In this document: in pieces, positions 25,635-36,110 of the stretch
Numbering within the stretch: the stretch's first letter is position 1
How the letters are laid out: each line of letters begins with the position of its first letter
Origin: Psammoneis japonica
Taxonomy: Eukaryota
Direction of reading: 5' to 3'
NCBI GenBank assembly: GCA_008632985.1
Contig: QPGO01000128.1
Location: forward strand, 1-64,000
DNA length: 64,000 nucleotides
Program-made: the position numbers and the translations under genes
The notes under the pieces: generated by a model
Databases searched by the model: none
Seen by the model: the letters and a program-made list of their open reading frames with translations, nothing else
What the model was told of the DNA's origin: nothing

Positions 25635-26516
25635 ATGTCTAGAATAGTCGGACTTTTCAGCCGTGCAGGAGGCGCAGTAGTTCTTTTGGGCATTGCCATC
25701 TCGTCGTGTTTGGAAGATGCCGCGGCCATAGTTGAGGACAATGTGGTTATCAAATCGAAATTGAGACGTACCAATAGCCAACGCGTTATCAGTGGTGCCT
25801 TTGATAAATCAGATGTGGTCAAAGCAGTCGAAGATGAGGCTTTCTGGGACCGTTTTCTTGAGTCGCCTGATGGTTCTATGGTTGTCCCCACCATGTCAAC
25901 ACCGGTGCCCACTCCTGCCCCGCCAACACCCGCCCCCGTTGTGACACTCCTACCAACTCCAGAAGCTCCCTCACCGTCGGATGCTCTTGGTGGATTCATT
26001 CAAGACATCTTAGATTGCACAACTGGCATTGACGATCTTTCAAAGCTTTGGCATATTCTCGAACAATATGGCATCACCGACGTTGACAATGTTATCTCCC
26101 TCTTCAATGAAACTCTCCTTGAGAATATTTTCGACCTGTTGAACACTATTGACCTATCTGGCATTGATATTGCGGACCTGTTGAACATTACGGACCTGTC
26201 GAACATTACGGGCCTATCGAATATGACCGATATTTTAAACATTCTCGACGTGTTGGGCACTGTTGACCTATCTGGCTTTGACATTGCGGACCTGTTGAAC
26301 ATTACGGACCTCTCGAACGTTACCGACCTATCGAATATGACCGATATTTTAAACATTCTCGACGCGTTGGGCACTGTTGACCTATCTGTCTTTGACATTG
26401 CGGACCTGTTGAACATTACGGACCTCTCGAACATTACCGACCTATCGAATATCACCGATTTCTTGAACATTACCGACTTTCTGAACGTAAGTGCAGTGAT
26501 GCAAGATGGAAAATAA
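25635..26516 (+). CDS. Predicted secreted protein with a Pro/Thr linker and C-terminal D-L-[SL]-N-[IMV]-T repeats
   Basis: ATG at 25635, signal-like GAVVLLGIAISSC, diatom-type EAFWDRFL segment, PTPAPPTPAP, then 38-aa repeats made of hexapeptides containing N-x-T. Confidence 0.7.
   Translation: MSRIVGLFSRAGGAVVLLGIAISSCLEDAAAIVEDNVVIKSKLRRTNSQRVISGAFDKSDVVKAVEDEAFWDRFLESPDGSMVVPTMSTPVPTPAPPTPAPVVTLLPTPEAPSPSDALGGFIQDILDCTTGIDDLSKLWHILEQYGITDVDNVISLFNETLLENIFDLLNTIDLSGIDIADLLNITDLSNITGLSNMTDILNILDVLGTVDLSGFDIADLLNITDLSNVTDLSNMTDILNILDALGTVDLSVFDIADLLNITDLSNITDLSNITDFLNITDFLNVSAVMQDGK
26133..26490 (+). repeat. Coding tandem repeat with a 114-bp period (about 3 units) built from 18-bp subunits
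   Basis: TGCGGACCTGTTGAACATTACGGACC at 26171, 26285 and 26399. Confidence 0.9.
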
Positions 26517-27502
26517 CAAAGAGCGCCGTACTCCCGACGTTTATACGAGAAGTTCTGCATGTGGATCACCTATGCATCCTTGTCCCAACATTTTGGGATC
26601 TCTGTTGTACTCACTCCACTATAGCCGTAAGACCAGAAGCCCGAGACTTGACTGTCACCGAAGTCCAGCACAATATATAAATGTTTGTCATATTGTTACT
26701 GATTTCATGTAGCCCATCATTGCTGTAGACTAATTCTTTGTTGGTAATCTTAATCTGTAACTGGTGGAACGGCGTGATGACCAAAAGGGCAATCCGCCTT
26801 TTTGTGCCAGGTGGCGGGAAACTGAGTAATCTGCGAAGATGACGGGAACGAACCGGCCTTGCCACGAACGAACCTGGTAGGCCTTGCTGCAAAATCCTGA
26901 GTTACTTTTGCGACAGAATGTGCACTGTCGCAGCATTCTCTCTCCTTTCTACGGTCGCCACTAAATTCCTTTTGAGCAACAGGATCGCGTCGAGATCACA
27001 CTCCAAGCCGTCAAATTATTTTGGATCATCGGGGAGGCAACCGAGACAACCACACAACTCATTCGGTGACATCAAGAATAGCAAATAAAAGCAGCAACTC
27101 GTGACAGGTTCGATTGATAATGTTCTTTCGCGCGCTGGCGCTGATGAGTTCGCGGATTGAAGTTCGCGGATCTGTTATCGAAAGCGATCGTTGACCGTCG
27201 ACGGACGTCAAGCATGATAGTTGGGATCCGCGAACTAATGCCGGTACTGAGTAAACTTTCGAAGCGAAGTCATCGATAAATATTTTCGAGCAAGTTGTGC
27301 GGTTGCCGTTGGCAGGCACGTTCTCTTCGCTTTTTCCCATATCCTGCATCGATTTTCCCTCACAAGAACAGCTTGTCCCGCAGCGAAACCAAAATAATGT
27401 GCTTTCGAGTTGTATTCGAGGATCAAACCATTTGGTTTGTTTCATGATGATTGCTCTGTCTCACAAAATTCAAAACGACGACAAAGTCACAACAACAAAA
27501 AG

Positions 27503-28582
27503 ATGAAAACCGCCATTTACCATCACCTCCTCGTCCTCTCCTCTCTAGTTTGGATCGGATCTCACCGTGCTGTGGCATCCGAAACACCACTGTGTGGTCT
27601 CCCACCGGTGAACAAGCGAAAGGATAAGGGCGTCTTTCTTGCAAAAAAGTGTGGCTTTTCCGACCAGTGGTTCGTGCAAGCTACTGGCGGTCGGCAGGCT
27701 TTGTCCGTCAACGGCACACTCGTGCCAGAGGAAAACGCGAGAGTCGTGGTGAAGAACAAGGACTTCACCATTGATGTGGACAAGAAGGATGTCGATGGTT
27801 TCACCTTCCGTCTCAAAAAGGGAGAAGCCTGCTTCACTCTCAACTCGCCCGACGATGCACCCCTCTATGTTGGTAAGAACCGTGTGCAGCTAGCTTCCAA
27901 GTCAGTCAGGCTCCCTAGCTTCAAGCCGTGTGACGGACCAGTACTCGAATACCTCTTTGATACTTCAAACAACGTCTACAAAGACTCGGGAGAAAAGGGA
28001 TTTGATGGCAAGGCGGGAAGAGGCCGCTATGTGGGGTCCCACGGTCCAGGTTTTGCAGGACGGTCAGTTTATCTTGATGGCAGGGATGACACCATGATTA
28101 TCCCCGACTCTACCAAAATGAACATGAACGAATACACCATGATGGCATGGGTGTGGTACCGCGATACTGGCACAAAAGACTTTGCGTATCAGATCATTCA
28201 GAAAGCGAGTGCCATTTGGCTCAACATCAACGTCGAAACTCGAGCTGTAAACGGAGGTGGTTTCTTCGGTGGTTGCGGTGGAAAGGACTTGTTCAAAGTT
28301 ACAAGCACCAAACCAGTCCCCAAGGAACATTGGACCCACGTTGCTGTCACCAACGACCGTAAGTCATTGAAGATCTACATCAATGGAGACTTGAGTGGAG
28401 AGGCAAAACTGCCGACGAGTAAACCTCACTGCGCCAACCTGGGACCGTTTGTGATTGGCTCCAATTATCGCGAGACGGCGTCCGAATCCAAGGGCTATTT
28501 TGGCGGGTACATGGACTCGGTCCGCGTCTTCGACAAGGATCTCAGTCAAGAGGAAGTCCGTTCCGAAATGTTTCGCAACTAG
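27503..28582 (+). CDS. Secreted LamG/concanavalin A-like lectin-domain protein, copy 1
   Basis: Signal peptide MKTAIYHHLLVLSSLVWIG; LDGRDD, YTMMAWV, WTHVAVT, KIYING, FVIGS, FGGYMDSVRVFDKDLSQEEV (LamG-3 pattern). Confidence 0.85.
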   Translation: MKTAIYHHLLVLSSLVWIGSHRAVASETPLCGLPPVNKRKDKGVFLAKKCGFSDQWFVQATGGRQALSVNGTLVPEENARVVVKNKDFTIDVDKKDVDGFTFRLKKGEACFTLNSPDDAPLYVGKNRVQLASKSVRLPSFKPCDGPVLEYLFDTSNNVYKDSGEKGFDGKAGRGRYVGSHGPGFAGRSVYLDGRDDTMIIPDSTKMNMNEYTMMAWVWYRDTGTKDFAYQIIQKASAIWLNINVETRAVNGGGFFGGCGGKDLFKVTSTKPVPKEHWTHVAVTNDRKSLKIYINGDLSGEAKLPTSKPHCANLGPFVIGSNYRETASESKGYFGGYMDSVRVFDKDLSQEEVRSEMFRN

Positions 28583-28899
28583 TTGTACACGCACAACGGT
28601 GTAAGAAATTGACCATAACAAAATAATGTCCGTTTCGACGAGTATCTTACTTGATTTTTGATTTGGTGGATACAGAATGACTTTCGTTTGTTCATTCTGT
28701 AGTCTGCTCAAATTATTTAGCACCCCATGCTATTTGTAATTGAAATTCCCATCTCTTGTGAGCATTTCGTGGGTTTTGACCTCTTCATTGATACACGCGA
28801 TAATAGCCAACGGATCATAAGCTTGTGCCTGTCATGCACGAAGAAAGGAAAATGAAAAAATAAAAGCGTTCCACCGCACCGTTACAGTGCAGTACGTCC

Positions 28900-31560
28900 G
28901 TCCACAGGCTCGACTGCTCGACGGCTCCATTGTCCTTCTGCCCATCAGAATTTGAGTCGAAATCCTTTTTGCGGCGCTTTGATCCCGTCATTGAGCTGAT
29001 CGCTTTGAAACAGTGCGTGGACCTGTGCACGTTGGAACACCTGCAGTCTGCATCAGAAGTGCTGGGTTGATTGTTGTGGAGATGGTTGTCTCTGCAGATG
29101 CACTGGTTTCCACAGCAGCGGGGCATGCGAGAAAGCAGCTTTTTCACAGCACTCTCTGCACACCAGATTTGTGCACCTCAGACAGCTCACATTTTTGGCC
29201 GCAGTGCAGTTGTGTGAAGAGCACCAGGATGCACTGGTTTCCACTGCAGAGATGTGTGAGAAAATTGAGTTTTCATGGCATTTGCCAGATTTGCCTCAGA
29301 CAGCAGCTCACAGCTTCAGCTTTGGTGCAGCTGTGTGAGAGGCACTCTCCGGCCAAATGTCAGTGTGTGTGGCACTCACACTGGTGGCTCCTCTCTGCTT
29401 GCTGCTCTTTTGCCTGAAAAAACTTCCCAAATGAGGGGACATTGAAGCAAGCTTTGCAGAAGGCAGCCAAGGTGAGCATTGTCATGAAAGGAGCTTTGAA
29501 ATTGGCGAGCTTTAACCCACGCTTCCAGCTGTGCCCAAGGTGAGTGTTGCACACAAGTCTCTGTCAAGCACCCAAGCTGCAATGAGCCAGAAAAGGAAAG
29601 AGGCTGCAATTCTCTTGCAACAGTGGGCAAAACCATTGTGATGAACAAAGTGCGCCACAAGCCAAGCAGAAGACTGGGCTGAGCAGGGGTTGCAAGATTT
29701 GCAACTTGATGCATTGTTGCTTCTCTGACAGCCAGCACTGTTTGCACAACAGGCTTGCTGCAACTTCTTTTGGGCTTGTTTGTTTTGAGTTGCAACTCCA
29801 TGTGTCTGTGATCCCCTGGACCTCTGAAGTGCACCAGCCAGCCAGCCAGCCTTGAGTTGTCACTTGGGGCAGGCTCTGCTGGAGCAAAAGGTGCCAGCTC
29901 TCACACTGGTGGGGAGACAAAAATGACCTGGTGTTTCAAGTTTCGAGTGCTTGATCTTGCAAGAGATGCGCACTTGTGAACAAAACCCATGTGATGCCTG
30001 TCAACTTTCCTCTTACAGAAATGTGTTGAAAGCTGAGGGGAGGGCATCACCACCACATGTTTGCAAGAGTGGCAGATTCCATTGTCTGTGTCATCTCTTT
30101 CATGTGCAGAGGTGCCCTCTGGTGAGTTGTGGCTTTGCAAAAAGGCTGTCACAATGCAGCAACACACTTGATGTCAACTTCACTGAAAACATTTTTGTTG
30201 AGGGGTTGCAAGATTTGCAACTTGGTGCATTGTTTTTGCTTCTCTGACAGCACTGCTTGCACAACAGGCTTGCCACAATTTCTTTGGGCTGCTTGTTTTG
30301 AGTTGCAACTTGGCTTCTCTGCACCACCCCAGACCTTTGAAGTGTGCCAGCCAGCCAGCCAGCCTTGAGCTGTCTTTTGGATCAGGCTCTGCTGGAGCAA
30401 AAGATGTCCAGCTCTCACACTGGGGAGACAAAAATGACCTGATGTTTCAAGTTTCAAACCCTCCATCCCATGAGCAAGAGTGTGCATTTGTGAACAAAAA
30501 CCCATGTGATGCATGCCAACTTCCTCTCAATGAAATGTGTTGGCAGCTGGGGGAGGGCCTCACCACCACATGTTTGCAAGAGTGGCAGACTCCACTGCCT
30601 GTGTCATCTCTTTTGTGCTCAGGTGCCCCTGGTGAGTTGCTTCTCTTTGCAGAAGAGCTGTCACAATGTAGCAACACACTTGATGTCAACTTCTCTGAAG
30701 ACATTTGTCAAGCTTTGAGGCTTCAAAAGGAATTTTCAAGGTTAAAACCCAACTGACCAGGAGGCGCAACACCCAGCTTTGATGACCGGAGAAGGGCAGT
30801 GCACTGAAAAGAAGCACGCATGCTTCAGATGTTTCCAGGTTGGCACAAAGCCAACAGCCACTCACAGTGCTTGAAAAGTTGAGTTCTTGTTTTTAGAGAG
30901 AGTTGCTCCTTTTGGTGCTGGCAATGATCAAGGACATCGCTGGGTGACACCAATGGTGGGTTGGCTGCTGCTGGGGATCTGGGTGGCACAATGTGTTTGA
31001 CCAGAGTTGCTTGAAGCTGTTGTTGAGTGGGTCTGAAATTCAACAATGACCCTTGCCAAAATTTCAATTTGTGAGATTTCTGTGAACAAAGAACAATTGC
31101 AAAAGTGCAACAAGGGGAGTGGCGATGCATTTTCAGCCCCCCCCCAGGCAGGGCCACATGTGTGGCTCCGGCCCCCTCACAATTCCTCAAAAATGTTGCT
31201 GCAAAAATGTCAGATGGCAAACAAACCAACAACTGCCAGCTGAAAAAGGGGCAACTTGTGATTGAACAAATGAATCACCCATGCTTGAAGCCTCGTGCAG
31301 CTCAAGGTGGCCCAGAGGAGGAGGCGGGTGCAGTGGTGGTTTTCAACACAAAAAGAGCCATGCGTTCAGCAACCAGTTCCACAAGTCAGCAACTTGAAGT
31401 CACTTGTTGGAACATGCTGCATCACCCTGACATGAAGATCCCAGTAAGATCCAGCAGAGGCAGCAATGCAAAATTCCAAACAATGTTGCAACAACTCGTG
31501 TGACTCGGATCGAGGGTCAGTCGAGATGCAGCTTTGTGTGCTTTCGCGCGAAAGGTTCGC
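28900..31560. other. TpA-erased domain 3, lying between the two LamG paralogs
   Basis: Very few TA dinucleotides, TG/CA-rich, contains an internal tandem duplication. Confidence 0.88.
29685..30706. repeat. Diverged direct tandem duplication, period about 516 bp
   Basis: AGGGGTTGCAAGATTTGCAACTT at 29685 and 30201; shared GGGGAGACAAAAATGACCTG and CACTTGATGTCAACTTC. Confidence 0.9.
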
Positions 31561-31898
31561 GGACTATTTACAGCACAGTGTCGTGGATGCGGTTCGCGGG
31601 TTGAAGTTTTATAAAAGTTTATCCGCGAACCATACTGCAACAGCCAATGCCGGTATTGAACAAAAGCAGAAGCGAATCATCATCCGCATTGTTGTTTTCG
31701 TGCAAATAATGACTTTACCATTAGCAAGCATGTGTCTCTACAAGCATCCTTGCCCACACAAGAACAGCTTGTCCCGCAGCGAAACCAAAATAATGTGCTT
31801 TCGAGTTGCATTCGAGGATCAAATCATTTGGTTTGACTCATGATGATTGCTCTGTCTCACAAAATTCAAAACGACAACAAAGTCGAAACAACAAGAAG

Positions 31899-32978
31899 AT
31901 GAAAACCGCCATTTACCATCACCTCCTCGTCCTCTCCTCTCTAGTTTGGATCGGATCTCACCGTGTTGTGGCATCCGAAACACCACTGTGTGGTCTCCCG
32001 CCGCTCAACAAGCGAAAGGATAAGGGCGTCTTTCTTACGAAAAAGTGCGGCTTTTCTGACCAGTGGTTCGTGCAAGCTGCTGGCGGTCGACAGGCTTTAT
32101 CCGTCAATGGCACACTCGTGCCAGAGGAAAACGCAAGAGTCGTGGTGAAGAACAAGGACTTTACCATTAATGCGAAGAAGAAGGATGTAGCTGGTTTCGA
32201 CTTCCGTCTCAAAAAGGGAGAGGTCTGCTTCACTCTCAACTCACCCGACGACGTACCCCTTTATGTTGGTAAGAACCGTGTGCGGCTTTCTTCCAAGTCA
32301 GTCAGGCTCCCTAGCTTCAAACCGTGTGACGGACCAGTGCTCGAATACCTCTTTGACACTTCAAACAATATCTACAAAGACTCGGGAGAAAAGGGACTTG
32401 ATGGCAAGGCAGGAAGAGGCCGCTATGTGGGGTCCCACAGTCCAGGTTTTGCAGGACGGTCAGTTTCTCTTGATGGTAGGGATGACACTATAATTATCCC
32501 CGACTCTACCAAGATGAACATGAACGAATACACCATGATGGCATGGGTGTGGTACCGTGATACTGGCACAAAAGACTTTGCGTATCAGATCATTGAGAAA
32601 TCGAGTGCTATTTGGCTCAACATCAACAGCAAAACCCGAGCGGTAAACGGAGGTGGCTTCTTCGGTGGTTGCGGTAAAAATTTCTTGTCCAAAGTTACAA
32701 GCACCAAACCAGTCCCCAAGGAACATTGGACCCACGTTGCTGTCACCAACGACCGTAAGTCGTTGAAGATCTACATCAATGGAGACTTGAGTGGAGAGAC
32801 AACGCTGCCGACGAGTAAACCTCATTGCGCCAACCTGGGACCGTTTGTGATTGGCTCCCATTATTTCGAGACGGAGTCCGAATCTAAGGGCTACTTTGGC
32901 GGGTACATGGACTCGGTCCGCGTCTACGACGAGGGCCTCAGTCAAGAGGAAGTCCGTTCCGAAATGTTTCGTAACTAG
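31899..32978 (+). CDS. Secreted LamG/concanavalin A-like lectin-domain protein, copy 2 (paralog offset 4396 bp)
   Basis: Same length as copy 1 with a highly similar protein. Homology extends about 140 bp upstream and 30 bp downstream. Confidence 0.85.
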   Translation: MKTAIYHHLLVLSSLVWIGSHRVVASETPLCGLPPLNKRKDKGVFLTKKCGFSDQWFVQAAGGRQALSVNGTLVPEENARVVVKNKDFTINAKKKDVAGFDFRLKKGEVCFTLNSPDDVPLYVGKNRVRLSSKSVRLPSFKPCDGPVLEYLFDTSNNIYKDSGEKGLDGKAGRGRYVGSHSPGFAGRSVSLDGRDDTIIIPDSTKMNMNEYTMMAWVWYRDTGTKDFAYQIIEKSSAIWLNINSKTRAVNGGGFFGGCGKNFLSKVTSTKPVPKEHWTHVAVTNDRKSLKIYINGDLSGETTLPTSKPHCANLGPFVIGSHYFETESESKGYFGGYMDSVRVYDEGLSQEEVRSEMFRN

Positions 32979-33478
32979 TTGTGCACGCACAACGGTGTGA
33001 GAAATGATGGAGCAAGATGAGATAACCGTTTAGCCGGCGACGAGTCTTACCTTAGGATTTTCATTTGCCCATTCTTCACTCAGCTCTTGAGTTAATCTTC
33101 GTTCTGTTTGCACAGAGTATCTCAAATTTATCGTATTCCCGATCTTGCATGCATTCCATATGCCGTTGGTTGTAGCTTGAGAAAGTCACACAGGACATGC
33201 TCTCCAATATCACGATCTTGTCTTGACGCCATTGTTGCCTTCATACACTTTGAAAGCTCGCCTTTTTCCTCCTGACGTTCGACAAGTCACTCTACCAAAA
33301 CTATTGGAGCCCATGAAGATCCCACGAGCTCTCATTATCTCTTTCGCATTTCATCCACGTGCAATTCAACAAGAGTCTACTACAAGTTACTTACTCTTCT
33401 GCTGGTTGAATCAACTCTCATTCTTGCTATACACAGATTCGCCGCTCTCTCGGTGGTACCCCATTTCATGCCCTTACA

Positions 33479-33867
33479 TCAAATTTGCTGCTGCAAAATG
33501 GGTTTCAACGGATCCGCTCGTGTCTCCTCTTTCAGTTTATCCGCCACAAAATCAGAAATGAGCATAACATTATCCCCCCGAATCACATACAATCCCAATG
33601 GAACCTTTTCGACATCTTGGTCCAACGAATAAATGAATTCTTGTGATTCTTTTAATATTAGGTTCTGAACCTGATCGTGTCCGGCCAATTCTCCTACAAT
33701 CGTTCGACCGTCGCAAGTCACAACAAGAACCATTTCTGCGAAAAAACGTGAGAAAGAGATGAGAACGAACGAGTGGATAAAAGTTGGAATCCAAACTAAA
33801 AATCAATGCTTCAGCTTTCTTTTCTTAGAAACTTACGGTTTTTCCAATCCTTCAAAGTACCCGCCAT
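33479..33867 (-). CDS. LSM8: U6 snRNA-associated Sm-like protein LSm8, two exons (33867-33837 and 33735-33479)
   Basis: MAGTLKDWKNQ joined across a GTAAG...GCAG intron to VLVVTCDGRTIVGELAGHDQVQNLIL...VPLGLYVIRGDN. Confidence 0.92.
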
Positions 33868-34126
33868 TGTGCCGACGACTCGCCCAACACACACACACAC
33901 ACACACACACACTCAACAGAATAGAGTAATAGATAGCCGTAGCGGTGGCTGCCCGATCCTGTTCGTACTTAGGCTGAGCTACTGCGCGTTAGACTACACT
34001 GCTGCGTTGCTGCTTTTCGATTGATGATTCGTTACGGCTGGTGCAGCCAGGAGCATGGAAAATTTAGACAGTAATAAGATTTTGGAGTTTGACAACGGCA
34101 AACCCCACGCCCCACGCATCTATTAA

Positions 34127-34520
34127 GGGTGGTCGGTTGCTACTTTTTTTAGCTCGAATTCGGCCGAATAGCTCGTGTTTTGCATGATTTTTCCTGAATT
34201 TCACCGTGCTTCACCGTGGTGAAAACAACAAGCCATAAGTCTGTGACGGAGGTGGTCCGTCTACCAACTCTCATTTATTTTATGTTTGTTATGTATCAAA
34301 GATTGTATATACATGAAAAGTTGGTAGACGGCAAACTACGTTTTTGAGAAACATCGATGTTTGTCATCATCGTCGTGCTTCGATCGCGGTGCTGATGGTT
34401 CTCGTTTTCGTGCGCGATCGGGTGTGACTATGAACAATTCTTGTATTCAAAAATAAACACTATAAAAAACCTTATTCAAATGCAACGGTAATTTTAGGAT
34501 AAACGCGGGGATGACCCCCC
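34127..34520 (+). mobile_element. Complete 394-bp MITE copy 2 with TTAA target-site duplication and GG...CC termini (Kolobok-like)
   Basis: TTAA at 34123-34126 and 34521-34524. The right end GGGGATGACCCCCC is the exact reverse complement of the copy-1 left end. No transposase ORF. Confidence 0.85.
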
Positions 34521-35049
34521 TTAATACCGTGCGTGAAAGAGGTGCCATAGCCGTAAGCCCGGTACATTGTCTGTTCTTCAACCCACTACACGTTAAATAC
34601 ATACCACGACTTACGTTAAGATCCCAGGCGCGGACAGACATTCTTTCCGAAGCGGTGGATTTTTGGTTTGGAGTTGATAGATGATGGATGCGCCGACCCA
34701 CAATCCGCCTTGTTGGAGCTGTTCTCCATCGTTTTCGTTCATTGAAGACATGGATGTTACTTTTGGGAGATCGTACCATTGGCTGAGGTCCTTGGTTTGG
34801 TGAGAACAAACGGAGTTGTCGTTGTGAAGAAAGCAAGTTTTTCTGTTGTCTCAGCCATTTCTGAGCAACAAAACCCACAATCGGATGTTCATTCATTCAT
34901 TTCACCTCCTCTGTTCAATGCCATTGCTTGTGTCGAACTAACACAGTTAAAGAAGGCATCCCATGTCTTGGGTGTGATGTGGGTGGGGGCTGTGGCGAGA
35001 AACATCTTTCTCTCGCATTGGACAAGAAACACCAAAAAACATGGAATTG

Positions 35050-36110
35050 ACACGATCCATGATCCAATGTTTGTTCATTTGCTGCACCTCCTCTGTTCAA
35101 TGCCATTGCTTGCATCAACTTGTCACAGTCACGAAAGGCATCCCATGTCTTGTGCATGCTGTGTGTTTGACCTGAGGTGAGAAACATCGGTCGCACTCGT
35201 GCGGTCTCGTGTCGGCAGTTCGTGACTGCGCCGACCCATGCTTTCATGTTTGTTCATTCATTTTGTCTCTTTGCTCACACTTCTTTGATTGAATCTTTGC
35301 TTCACAGACACAAAACAACTTTCTTCTCTTGGATTTGATTTCAATTGAAGTGCAACAGACCCACCAAGAAATGCCAAGTGAATGCCGTTGTTGACACGTC
35401 CACCGAGGAAAGCACCGATGCCGTTCGTGCGAGTGCCAGTGCTGACAAAAAGAACTGGGGTTCTTTCATCAACATTGAAATCAAAAGTGCTTGCAGCTCA
35501 TCAAGCAACTCCTCTGCTCATGATTCTTCCAGCGAAGGTGCTGACATTGAACAAAATGAAAATTCCAGTCTTCACTCGACTCACTGGCACACCCGACAGC
35601 CGAGGAGCATGATGCTGCCAATGAAAGCAAGTGAACAACAGCTTCAGACAATGGAAGAATTCGTGCAGTGTCGCCATTCCATTTTGTGACTCAATCAGTG
35701 TCCAGTGGATGAGACAAATGGGAAAAATGCATTCTCGGAACTCGGAAAGTGAGGAGAGGCATCGGCGCATGTCGTCGTTGGCAGGAATGATCTTTGTTCT
35801 TCACAGCTCGCACTGAAAGCAAATCCAAGTGAGCACAATGTTTTTGCACCTGCAAATCAAAGGTTCAATCAAAGAAGTTTGAGCAAAGAGATGAAATGAA
35901 TGAACAAACAAACAAAGTGTGGGTCAGCGACAATCACAAATGGCTGACACGAGACCACACGAGTGCGACTGACATTTCTCACCTCAGATCAAACACACAG
36001 CATGCACAAGACATGGGACACCTTTCGTGACAATGTTGAGTTGACACAAGCAATGGGCATCAACAGAGGAGGCAATGCGAATGAATGGACATCAGAGCAT
36101 GGGTTCTTGA
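35050..36110. repeat. Diverged inverted repeat, arms about 35050-35307 and 35851-36110, plus a partial direct copy at about 34870-35010
   Basis: CCCATGTCTTGTGCATGCTGTGTGTTTGA at about 35142 is the reverse complement of TCAAACACACAGCATGCACAAGACATGGG at about 35990. Confidence 0.9.
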
